Below, in pieces: positions 52,826 to 64,000 of a stretch of DNA of 64,000 bases. Within the stretch, counting starts at the first letter, position 1; each line of letters opens with the position of its first letter. The translations under genes and the position numbers were made by a program. This DNA is from Kudoa neothunni (taxonomy: Eukaryota; Animalia; Cnidaria), in assembly GCA_964304625.1 (NCBI GenBank), contig OZ199840.1, positions 7,633,744 through 7,697,743 on the forward strand, in the 5' to 3' direction. The notes beneath the pieces are model-generated. The model saw nothing but the letters and a program-made list of their open reading frames with translations, was not told where the DNA came from and did not search any database.

Positions 52826-55490
52826 TTAAAAATTCATTCTAAAATTAAAACATCTATGTATAATAAACAAATTTTAGAATTTAAAACATTTGAGCAGAAA
52901 CCTCATCTCAAGAGAAACCACACGCAATATTCTCTAATTGTTTATTTTTCGTTAGACTCGCACTTCACGAAAATATTTACGAATGTTAAAATTTTTATAA
53001 ATAAATGAGTTATTACTATTAAATTCAGAATTTTGTTCATATCATGGTTATTTATGACAACTATTTAAACTTGCGATTTCTTCTAGGTGGGGATCCTGTA
53101 GGCCAGCGATTCCCGATTCATTTTAGTTTCCTTACCCCCTACCATTTACGAGGACAACTCCGGACCCCCTCTCAAAGAGATTTAAAATGGGCTTATTTTT
53201 AAATGGTTAAATATTTTTATTAAAATTACATTAAAAAGAAAAAAGTCGTCCACTGTAACAAGAAAACAAATGTGAATAAAATAAATCTGATAATAAATTT
53301 AATTTATAAAATTTTTTCGTCTTTTTGTGCAATAATTAGGTAAACATGAGGATTTTTATGAGATAGATATTAATAAATCATAATTTGTAAATGAACTATA
53401 TATGTTAAAATTTTTGTGCAAAATATCAGATGTAAATAGCTGAGCTTACGGGAGATTTTGGATTTTGTATTTTGTTGTTTAATTATAAATTTAAAAATTA
53501 AATGAAGAAAATAAATGTGACCCAATCTCAAATGCAAAGTTTTAATTTATATAATTTTAGAGTGTCAATTGATTCTATTTTAAAATATAAAAATTTAATT
53601 CTTACTTGCCTTGTAGGTTTCTTAGAAATAATAAGTAATACAATTTTTAATGATACAACTCAGTTTAAAATTCGTTAAAGTCATTTATCTTCCACAGTAA
53701 AAAATAAATATTTCATAATTTTTTATGTTGTACTACTTGGGATTTGAACTAAATAATTTATTTATGAATGAAAAAGAGAAACTTATCATTTTTTTAAATT
53801 TACTAATAAATAAAAAATAGTATGTTAAAAACATAACTTAATTTTCAATAAAATTCATCAAATAGTTATTTGTTTATCAGACTTATTTCAACTTCGATTG
53901 TGCGCGAATCGCACATGATATATTTTAGAGAGAGATTCTGATTACTTAGAATCGATACATTATGTACAAAGCACGCTTAGCCGTACAGTTTTTTCGTTGA
54001 TTCTAGTTGCGAGTCTCGAACCCCCATCGGGAAGCCCTGCTATAGGTTTCCGCTATACTCTACTGAAGGTAACGCTAATATTGAAAATATCTGGATAATA
54101 GTTTTAGTTTAATTTTAAAATATCACAACGGGTCCTTTTTATAATTTAATCATTCTTAAAACATCCTAATGAGATGATTAACAACGTAGGTCAATTTTTG
54201 CATTATAAATTAATATGATTAATAGAGAATAAACGTCATTAGAATACTAACTCCAATAGGTTACGCTTAAGGAGAAAAATCATTTTAAAATTATAATTAT
54301 TAAATCTGTAACAAAAATCCCATTGTTACATAATAAATAATCTCATATTTTCATAATTCAGTAAGTAAAATTTTAGCATTCTCTTCAAAATTTATAAAAC
54401 AGAAAATCTACAAATTAAAAATGTAAATCAAGAAATGTATTTGAAAGTTTTGTAAATATCAATAGTTTCAAAACATTGCAAACGGAGATTCGTTTATGTT
54501 GGACAAGACTATCTTGAGAGTCAAAAACATATGCAATAAGTCATTCACCGCTAAAAACCTTGGATTTATTAGTAGTATAGAAAACATCAGTTCATTACTT
54601 TGAAATATATAGCGTCAGTTATTATACCAATAAATAGATGCATTTTAAATGTATATAATAAATAAATAAAGATTAAATAATCATAGTATCCATCAGTACT
54701 TTTTATTAAGAAAATAACTTAATAAAATTTACGTAAATGAGGACCTAAAAATAGCGTTACACATGTAAGAAATCATTTTTGTAATATTCAAACTATTCAT
54801 GGAGATATTAATCATAAAAATAGCCTTCACCAAATTTTAAACAAATATAAGGAATACTTTTAATTTTACGACATATAAAATACATAATGCTACTCCCACA
54901 TAGTTTGACCCCGTAAATGAACACATTTATTTGTAAGAATAAACAAATCCCTTAACGTTTTTAAAATTTAATGATAAACAATTGATATATTTGTTGAAAT
55001 ATCTATATACTGCGTTATTATAAGGATAATATGCACGTATTACAGAAAACTATCAAAGAAAAAACTTTTAATTGTTATGATCAAACATAGAAAAAACCAC
55101 ATTTTTTCTATCAAATATTTTAATGGGTTGAATCAAACGAAAAATTTTGACGCAAATCCTAGTAAATATTTGTTTATCTAAAATGAATAGTTGTTTGTAA
55201 AAAATGGTAGTTTTCTTTTAATTTGATTTCGTAATAGTAATTATTAGGGTTGCACCAATTGCTCATTTTTTCCAACGACAATTAAAATTTTTAGCATTTG
55301 CCGATACCGTTACTAAGATGTGTGCGTGCCTATGTTGCTTGTTTTAATTATGTGATTAAATTAAATTTTATCTTGGTTATACAAAAAAACTGCCTAATTT
55401 ACCAAAAACTAATTTATTTTCAATATTAAAAATAAATATCCAGAATATTTTTCTAAAAAAAAGAAAAATCTCATATTCGCACTATATATA

Positions 55491-56093
55491 CTGGCACGAA
55501 ATGCCCAGCTTTGTACGGGATTGGGAATATTTTATCATAGAAGAACCTGTTTAAAAAATAAAAAAATAAATGAATCCTTTCAATTAACCAGAGAAGAGAT
55601 TTAACAAACGTTTTTTTAAAATATCATACTTCTATCGACTGTGTTAAATCTAGTTAAAATTGAGATCATTTTAGAGAAATCATAAAATTAGCAAAATCTG
55701 TAAATTCAACGATAACTAGAGACGATTTGTTTATATATGGTTCAAATTAATATCACTTTATCCGGCCTATTTTCATTCATTCATTCCTCAAAACAGCTTT
55801 GTAACCTTTAATATAAAAATGTTTTAAAACAATTAGATAAACTAAAATTTCAATGCACATATTAAATTATATCGTTTAGAATTAAGTTTAGCGGATGCTT
55901 TAGCGAAATTTGAGGACCCCATTCAGTCTTAGGGCTTTACTTGATCTGATTATAACATACGCTATCAATTCGTCGTCAATTTACTCAATTAGTATCTTTC
56001 GATATTACTTAAAACCATCTATAGAACTATGATTGTTTACTTAACAATAAAATATATTTAAAACCTCAGTATAAGGAGGGTATCTAAGCATAC
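55491..56093 (-). mobile_element. Diverged Helitron copy D, truncated at a hAT MITE
   Basis: 3' end CCCGTACAAAGCTGGG hairpin plus CCAG|T on the minus strand; blocks such as GCGGATGCTTTAGCGAAATTTGAGGACCC match 4891-4920. Confidence 0.6.
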
Positions 56094-56101
56094 ATCTAAA
56101 T

Positions 56102-57118
56102 CAGAGGTTTCCAAAGTGGTCGATGAGAACTTCTAGAGGGTCGATACGTGTTATAGAGATTCCACTAAATTAAATTTAATGGGTTTTTTTAAGGTGATGC
56201 TCCTCATGCTACATTATTTAATTATATTAATTATAATTACCCCATAACATTTGTTTTTTATTTTTAAGTTAAAATCAACCTCCACCTTTCCTAATTATAT
56301 AATTCAATATTTTTCATTCATGTAGAGACACTTTGTAGTTCATAAAAACTAGCGAATACACTGGCTTTAACAATAGTTTATATAAGTTTATAATTGACTA
56401 AGAAGTATAAGTCTAACTTTTAAAATTGATTTGAATCAAAATTACAAAAGCTACAAAAATAATAATAATCATCTGAAAATGGCGTTTGAACCCGACGAAC
56501 ACTTAAAAACCTCTTCAACCGACCTCGGACTAAGAAAGCACTATATCAGGATAAAGACTAAGATATTCTTATTAATTTTTAGAGGCAACCAAGAATAAGT
56601 ATGAGCTTTTTTATAAATGATGCAACTTAATCTTAAAATCTGCCGTTGTATTTATGTTTGTGCGAAAGTATGTAGCTATGATCATATACAAGCGATCTAA
56701 CTTGGGAGACCAATTGAATATTATTTATGATAAAAACAGATTCATTATGGTAGATTTACAAATATCTAAAATTTGGCTGTTATATTTTGATGTAACATCG
56801 TTAGTAAAAGTTTTTTTGTTGTGTTGGTATAATTTTTCATTTTATTATATATTGGAAATAGAATATTAATGGGATATATTTCACATATTTTTATTTATTC
56901 CAGTAAAAAAGTTGAATATACTCTGATATTTTTAATAAAATATTTGGAGGGGGTCGGAAAAAAAAGAAAACTTGGAGACTCCTGCCTAAACTATATTTTT
57001 CCTTAGACACCCTTAAGTAAGTCACAGACCACATTAAGAAAAAATTGCCTTAACTAATTTTGATGTCACTTAATTTACTCCTTGTCATTTAAAATTTATC
57101 TCCAGTTGGGAACCCCTG
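56102..57118. mobile_element. hAT MITE
   Basis: Ends CAGAGGTTTCCAAAGTGG / CCAGTTGGGAACCCCTG; flanks ATCTAAAT / ATCTAGAG (6/8, Buster-type central TA); an extra right-end-like copy at ~56970-56984. Confidence 0.6.
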
Positions 57119-57364
57119 ATCTAGAGGATTACAAAAGCTCGAAATAAGTGTACAATAAATGCTTATATCTTATCATTTTTTTATTTTCTTCATGCTCCAA
57201 AATACTTATTTACAATCAAGCCCCACAGGAATAAACTCGGAGAAAATAGAGACACATCAAACAATTCTAACATAAATAATAAGATAATAAGACAACAAGA
57301 TAACAATATGACAAGAGTGGATTCTAACTAAACTACAGATATACAATTTTGAAAAATAGGAAGT

Positions 57365-60300
57365 TTAGGATTCAACAGTTTGGTCGCCTTTAGCTTTACT
57401 GTGATCATCGTCATAGTTGTTCTCTTTAGCGATGAGGCTAAATAGTTCCTTGACTTTACGAGCTCTTTCACGATCACTATAACAACATTAAATTGAAATT
57501 AAAATTTTCAGTCTAAGATACTTTGCCAAAGTTTCTTCAAGCTGGACCTTGGCGAGAAATTGGTTGTCTTTTCTGATTTCACGTATGGCTCCCTAATAGT
57601 TTGATTGAAGAATTATTCACAATGCAATACACTGGATTCATTAAAAAAAAGCTAAAAACCTTGAATTCACGTTTATATTTGTGTTTGAGTTTTTGTCTTT
57701 CGTTTATAGCTTTATTGGACGACTTGTTTTTACTGAATGGATTATAACTTAAAGAAATTAGGAATTAAATGAACGTTTCATCTATTAATTTACTTGTTTG
57801 AAGCAATAATGTTCGGCTCTAGTTGGTTGACAGTTCTAGTGGGAACGATCAAAAGCTTAACTGGTGGTTTGGGAACGGTTTTCATGGAGTTAAATTGCGA
57901 TACAATAGCTTCGATTTTGTAATTTATCGCCGAGGAAGAATTTTCGCTTTTTCGCATGCTTTTTAAATAAATATTATACATATAATGATGCTAATTATTT
58001 GGAATACTTTTGAACAATATTAAAACAATTGGAAAAAATCTCATTGAAGCATGGATCATTCTCGTATATGGTGATCAGCTGTTTCAACATCGTCAACATT
58101 AGTTCGATTTGTGAAGACTTTAATAAGCGAGTTTTGATCTCCATCCTAAAATGTCACCCAATTAAAAGACTTATCTCAAGCAGCACAAAAACCTCGAAAT
58201 TCCAAATATGATAGGGGCACCTTGAGAAGGACTCATATCCAACAAAACATTGTACATAATTCGTTCCCAACATTTTATCATTTCGGGGACAATTTTTTTC
58301 GACAACCGCACCCACTATACCAAAAAATTCACGAAATTCACTTAAAGATCAACAAAAAAATGAATACCCTAATGATATTCGTCATTAACTCATGAATAGC
58401 CTCAAAGTCGAAACAAAATTCATTCGAAGTCAACTAAAACAACAATTCACTAGGTTACCATTCACAATATAATTACCAAATTCAATATTTTTGTTGAGAG
58501 TAGATTAGCTGGGGAGGTAACAGGATGTTTGTAGCTATTCATTGGAAATATACAACTTATTAGGTGGATAAACTTGATGGACGAATTAATAAAATTTTGT
58601 TGTAACAAATGACTATCAGAGTCATTGTTGGATGAAAGCAACATGGATTCATCCAATTTTTCGTTTAATTTCAAAAGAATTTGTTGAAAATAATCACACG
58701 CAGATCGCACGTCTATTTTCGTCAGTAAAAAACATACCCTAAACAAAATTCATAACATAACGATAAAACTAGCAACAAATCACCTGATTAACTGATCATT
58801 AACACTCGTTTGAGAAATTTCATGAGAGTACTCAGAGTAATACTCAACAAGAACATACAGAAATTTCTACATCAACAATAAGTGGGTTAATTAATCATAC
58901 AAAGGCATACCTGGTAGCAATCCTTCGTAAGGTGCTTGTTGGTTGTTTCAAATGATTTCAAATATTCCAATCGTTCGTCATCAGTTTTTCTTCAAGCAAA
59001 CAGAATTAACAATCCAAATCAACCACAACAACAAATACTTATCGACATTAAGTAGTTGATAGAGTTGTTTAGAATTCAGAGGTACTATACAATTGAATAG
59101 AACTTGAACGAGAAATACACGTACTTGTTTTCTTCAATGCACTATCATTATTAAAACAGTCAATAGGAGTGTTTAAGTCAAATTGAGAGGTTTCTGGCTC
59201 ATAATTTTTTAAGTATTGTGGTTTTGAAAATTCTTCTTTATCTTTGATGCTAACAATTCCAAACTATTAAAATGACCAATAAAACAGTCGGAGTGTGTTG
59301 TGTGATTTGGGTAAAAACAACAATAATCAATGTATTAAAATATTAAAAATTTTGGAGATTGTGACAAAAAATTGAAATTACCCAAGGGAATCTGCCGAAA
59401 TTTTCGAATTCAAATAAGAACGAATAGGTCTACTCGTCGAGGTGACTTTTTCTACTTGAGATTGATTGGTTGGATCAACTTTTAGAATTTTAGCATCTTC
59501 AGCCAATTCGTCCTCGTTATTTTTAACAGAAATAGCCACTCGCTTCGAACTATTCAACATTAACAACTCTCGATCATAATCATTGTTGGTTGTTGAATCG
59601 GCATTGGTTTTGATAGATGCATTAGTAGATTCAACATCAATTCTAGAAACGGCATCCTTAAATTGCGACCATTCGGTATCTAATGTGTCGTAGATTTGTT
59701 TCAATTCATCAACTTCAGCCTAAAAACATAAGTTGAAAAGAGGGTCGATCTAGAATGTAAAAATACTTGATGTTGATTGGATTTGTCTACGATGCTCTGC
59801 ATAAATGAATTTTTGGACATGTAATCGTCATAGTACGAAGGTGACTTAAAACAATAACTTTACAATGATCCCATGTTTTTAAAATAATACTTTATTGTCG
59901 TCTACTGGTTGAAACAGATCGTCGTCAAAATTCCCGCCAAAATGATTGTCAATATCGTCAATGTAGGTGGTTTGGATGAAATCTACATCATTATTGGATT
60001 GATATTGTGGGTTGCCTTCGTATTGGAGATGTTGTCCTCTATGTGTTAATGTAAGTTGTTCCGCCACACCTTCAAGATCGACATTTGCGCCCTTAAAAAC
60101 ACAAGTCGAAAGATAAATAAATATTAAAAGGGAAATATTGCTTACTTGTTGTTTTCTAATGTTATCTATTCTTTTATCCACGTATTGGTTAGTCTTGGAA
60201 ACAATTACATCACACAATACAAACTAATTTTACTCTGTTCACATTATTATATTCTTTAAGAAGTGTATTTTTTCTCTTAATAATTAAATAAATTTATTAT

Positions 60301-60496
60301 TTAATTTGTTGAATACTTTTAATTGTGCTCTTGAGCGTGACAACAAAGGTTGGCCTTTAGAATGTTTTTCACTTTTACCAATCACTGGAAATTTCACCTG
60401 GGAAATCTGGGTATCGAAAGCATTTGTTTTCAATTTGTTTCTAGAAAGAAATCTCTTTTTTCTTAATTTCGTCACTCGCTCGCTGTGACGTACCAT
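57365..60496 (-). CDS. NOP14: Nucleolar protein 14 (SSU processome), many short introns
   Basis: Spliced motifs KGQPLLSRSRAQLKRKNTLLKEY...YVDKRI, LTLTHRGQHL, HFGG, LDTEW, SYKHPVTSPA, and INERQKLKHKYKREFKGAIREIRKDNQFLAKVQL...DRERARKVKELFSLIA. Confidence 0.93.
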
Positions 60497-60671
60497 TCTC
60501 GTTATGATCGGCTAACATCGGAACGTTACAAACATTACCAAAGTTGTTAATACGATTGATTTTAAATGTTTTTCTATAATTATAGCGCTTTATATAAAAG
60601 ATTTTTTTACGGGGAAATGGAAAGTTGCTATTTGTTTATAGTTAGTATCTTAAGAGATGACATTAAAACCA

Positions 60672-61176
60672 GCCGAGGTCAAATAGCCCAGTGATGTGAT
60701 GATTGGACTCGATACCCGGAGGTACTGGGTGCGATTCCCGCGATTGGTCAATCTCTGTTTCCGTACGAGTGTCTCTACCCCCTAATGTGTGTGTGTGTGT
60801 GTGTGTGTGGGGGGGGGGTGTTGTTAGAGTGTGGTTGCATTAAAGTGTAATTCCACTTGCAATTACTGTTTGAGCTAGCAGCAGAGAAGGTTAAATCAGA
60901 CGTTTGAATCGTCGGGGAAGCGGTAACAGACTTTAAATCTCTGTTGAGCCAAAGTTCTTATGGATTTTTGGATAGGGTTTGGGGTGGAAGTTGTCCCGCA
61001 AACGAGGATGTTCAATAGATTAAACTCCCACACTACCGCAGAGAAATAAGGGGCGAGGGGGTTGATATTACTCGACCTGCGATTCCCACCGCATTAATAG
61101 AATAGGATGGCCTAACCAACCATAACTCCCCAACCTAATAAGTCATACCAGGGGTTTTATATTGTAAACAAAAAAA
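60672..61176 (+). mobile_element. Full-length tRNA-derived SINE with internal (GT)n, A-tail and target-site duplication
   Basis: Head with TAGCCCAGTG (A-box) and GGTGCGATTCCC (B-box); A-run at ~61170-61177; TSD AGATGACATTAAAACCA (60655-60671) / AGATGAAATAAAAACCA (61177-61193), 15/17. Confidence 0.75.
60786..60818. repeat. (TG)n microsatellite plus G-run inside the SINE
   Basis: tgtgtgtgtgtgtgtgtgtgtgtggggggggggg read directly. Confidence 0.9.
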
Positions 61177-61292
61177 AGATGAAATAAAAACCAAGGGACG
61201 ATTGCTATTGACCCAGGTTAGACATAGTACAGCCCGTTATGCTATTTATTCGCTTATCGATTGCAAATAAGATGCTTCTATTTATTCTAAAT

Positions 61293-63167
61293 CAGCGCTT
61301 CTCAACTAAAACTGGACTCGCACCCCCATTTTATGAAAATACGAAATTCGCACCCCTTCGCACATGATGGCGGAGAATCTTTTAAACCGTGCATTATTGA
61401 ATCAGCACAAATTGTATTGAGTGAAGAGGTTGCAAATAAACTTAAAAGGATTCCTATGTTGAATAATGTTATCCGAAAATGAATCGACGCCATTGGAGAG
61501 GATATCCTTAATCAAATAATTTTGGAGATCGAATCATCACCTTTTACGATTTCAATCCAATTGGATGAATCCACGGACGTTGAAAATTGTAGTCAACTCA
61601 TCTGTTTCGTTCGCTACGTAAAGGAAACCACAACAACCGCAAAAAACATTTAATACGGTGAAATATTTTTAAAATAATGTGGATATTTCTTTGAATCGAA
61701 TTGGATTTGTTTTATTAATCAGAAATGAAGTACCTAATGTTTTGATTACACATTGTTTCCTTCATCGTTAAGCGTTGGTGTCTAAGACTTTACCGGATAA
61801 TTTTAAAAGAATTACGGATACGTGTGTGAAAATTATCAACTTTATTCGCGGAAGAACATTAAATCCTCGCCTGTTCGAGGCATTTTGCAGTGAATTTGAC
61901 GCTTATTCTTCTGCCATACTATTTCATACCGAAGTTAGATGGCTTTCTCGGTGTAGATTCTTGGAAAGCTTTTTTAACCTTCGACATGAAATTCAAGAAT
62001 TTTTAAGTAGACAAAATTCAGAGCTGGCTGAGGCTTTTGAGGAGCCAGACTTTTTATTAATACTGGCCTATTTGAAAGATATATTTTTACACCTTAACGA
62101 TTTGAGTTATTCTATTCAAGGGAAGGACATGAATATTGTGACAACCTCTGAAAAACTGCGTGCATTTCGCAGGAAATTACTTTTGTGGAGCTTTGGGATT
62201 CAAGATGAAAATTTCGCAAACTTTTCATCTCTTGATGAAGTTCTTCAATTTGAAGATAATCAAAAAATCGACAAAATATAATGTCTAACATTGGTTACCA
62301 CCTTAAAGCGTTGATTCTCTCATTTAATGGGTATTTTTCGACAGGAAATTTGGATGCATCTGACGTTTGGATCATCAACCCATTCTCATTTAAATTTGAA
62401 AATGTGCGTAATGACGACCACAATATTGAAGAGCTAATTGATTTGCAAGAATGTCAATCAATGAAACTCATATATGACTCAAATACACTTGAAAAATCTT
62501 GGTGTCATGCTCAGACTGCTCATCCATTCTTTGCAAAGCTGGCGTTGAACATTCTAATCCCATTTTCTACAACTTGGTTGTGTGAGTCAGGTTTTTCATT
62601 TTTGGTGCATATAAACAACAAATATAGAAATTTGTTAAATCCTGAGAATGATTTGCGATTTTCGTTAACTAACAAAGAACCACGATCTGAAATAGTAGTT
62701 AACGATCGTAAAGGAAACGAAAGTAGATAATCAAAAAATATTTTATCCTTTTTTTGTTTCTATAAAGTTTTTCAATAAATTTATTGGTTTCTTTGCGTGC
62801 CCATTTCATTCCTATTTTGAACATTGTACGTAAATGATTTAAACATCAATAGATTTATTTGGATTTTCATAGTAAAATTGTTAAAAGATACAATCAATTA
62901 TTTTTTTAAATTATGTTTATAAAATTCCAAATATTTCGTTGTACTTTAAGTTTAAAATATGGAAAATTAGTCAAGAAAATTCTTAAACGTTTGTTCCAAG
63001 CTGTATTTTTATAAAGTCCAATTAATCATAAGAATAATTTATACTTTAAATTTGAAATGTATAAATTTAAATTGTAATTAAGGTCGTGTTAGACAACTGG
63101 TTTTCTTTGATCCCTTTTACGGTGAATAAAGATTGGGTTCGAGAGTAAAATTTGAAGGGAACCACTG
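61293..63167 (+). mobile_element. Degenerate Buster-type hAT transposon (ZBED5/ZBED8/SCAND3-like transposase pseudogene)
   Basis: SIQLDESTDVENCSQLICFVRY, THCFLHR, ILFHTEVRWLSR, LAYLKDIFLHLNDL, LIPFSTTWLCESGFS, with stops and frameshifts; termini CAGCGCTTCTCAA / GGGAACCACTG. Confidence 0.88.
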
Positions 63168-64000
63168 CTATAGAGAGAGAAATAAACACAAACAAAAAAT
63201 TTTTGATATATTGAGGCCAATTGATTTTTATTTTAAACGCTGATTATACTTACCGAATAATTAAATCGACCAAAATATCCTCACAACTAATACATCGAGT
63301 GTTCCCTATTTATCATTTTGGCAAGTAAAAATTTTCAGAGTACTTCCTTCAAGTTTGATCCCATTATTTTGATTTCTTAGGAACAATATGAATCAGGCGT
63401 TTTAGTTACCTTCTGATCCTTTGATTGTTAACAAGTAATGGTTGGTAGAAACATAATAAATATTAATCAGTGTTTAATTTAAACATCCAATATTGATTAA
63501 TAGCCTAAGAATTTGCATTCTAAACATGAAACATTGATCACGCTTGATTTTATCGTTCAGCGAGCTTGGGCGAAGTGTTGTATTAGCTCGCCGAATTGAC
63601 TTCGGGAGGATTAACTGACCCAATGAAGCATCTTTTTCTCGAATTTCAGCCGGTAGAAACGTCCTAAAATTTGCACGGCATTTTGAAATACTTTTTTATT
63701 AACTATGGTAAAATAAACGTCTGGAGTCCAAAAGACCACAAGTTCGTTGGAATGTAATTTTCTATTTCAATGGGAAATTTTATTAATTTTGTTTTCAAAG
63801 TTTTCCAAGTTGAAAATGTCGTAATTCAATGGAAACAACATGAATTTCAAGTGTTTGAAAGAATAATTAACTTATTATAATCAATTTAAAACTCGACAAA
63901 TGAACACCTTATTAGCGTCTACACAACTTGAGTATGATCAAATAAATGAACTATGAATTTTATATTTGAAAAAATTGTAATTCTGAATTACAACCCTAAA

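Noticed and set aside
53088-54052. Possible MITE with imperfect inverted ends (GGATCCTGTAG..TTCCCGAT / ATCGGGAA..CTATAGGTTTCC)
   Set aside because: Match is gapped and no TSD can be defined; too weak to annotate
60677-60750. Functional tRNA gene
   Set aside because: Acceptor and anticodon stems pair poorly; it continues into a body with A-tail and TSD, so it is a SINE head
63246-63254. ATACTTACC resembling the U1 snRNA 5' end
   Set aside because: No following U1 stems or Sm site; equally a minus-strand GGTAAGTAT donor-like sequence
1-64000. Alternative genetic code or non-canonical (AT-AC, non-GT) introns
   Set aside because: The conserved genes I traced translate with the standard code and GT-AG introns, and the 6-kb exon has no internal stop
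63992-64000. AACCCTAAA telomere-like motif
   Set aside because: Single unit at the window edge, not a tandem array
1-64000. CRISPR arrays, rRNA genes, prokaryotic operons
   Set aside because: No repeat-spacer arrays or rRNA-like sequence seen; the genes are spliceosomal-intron eukaryotic genes

Overview
AT-rich eukaryotic (animal) genomic DNA with compact genes broken by short (mostly ~35-60 nt) canonical GT-AG introns, separated by intergenic DNA full of decayed transposons. The BRD4-type C-terminal motif and the ShKT + C-type lectin protein point to a metazoan. Fast-evolving housekeeping proteins and tiny introns suggest a reduced parasite such as a myxozoan cnidarian (inference only). Genes rebuilt by manual splicing: VPS28, RPB5/POLR2E, a secreted ShKT/C-type lectin protein, a BET (BRD4-like) protein, an ENT nucleoside transporter, a solitary and very divergent histone H4, YIPF5/Yip1, SIL1, a ~2071-aa orphan type-I membrane coiled-coil protein, and NOP14. 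Mobile DNA includes pogo/Tigger elements and MITEs, non-autonomous Helitrons, hAT remnants, a piggyBac remnant and tRNA-derived SINEs. Top candidates for new biology: (1) an intact H4 with 28 substitutions including R17A and four new cysteines; (2) a giant, nearly intronless surface protein isolated in a TE-rich gene desert; (3) a signal-KR-ShKT-CTLD protein that could be a nematocyst/polar-capsule component. All homology calls are by eye from remembered family motifs; no searches were run.
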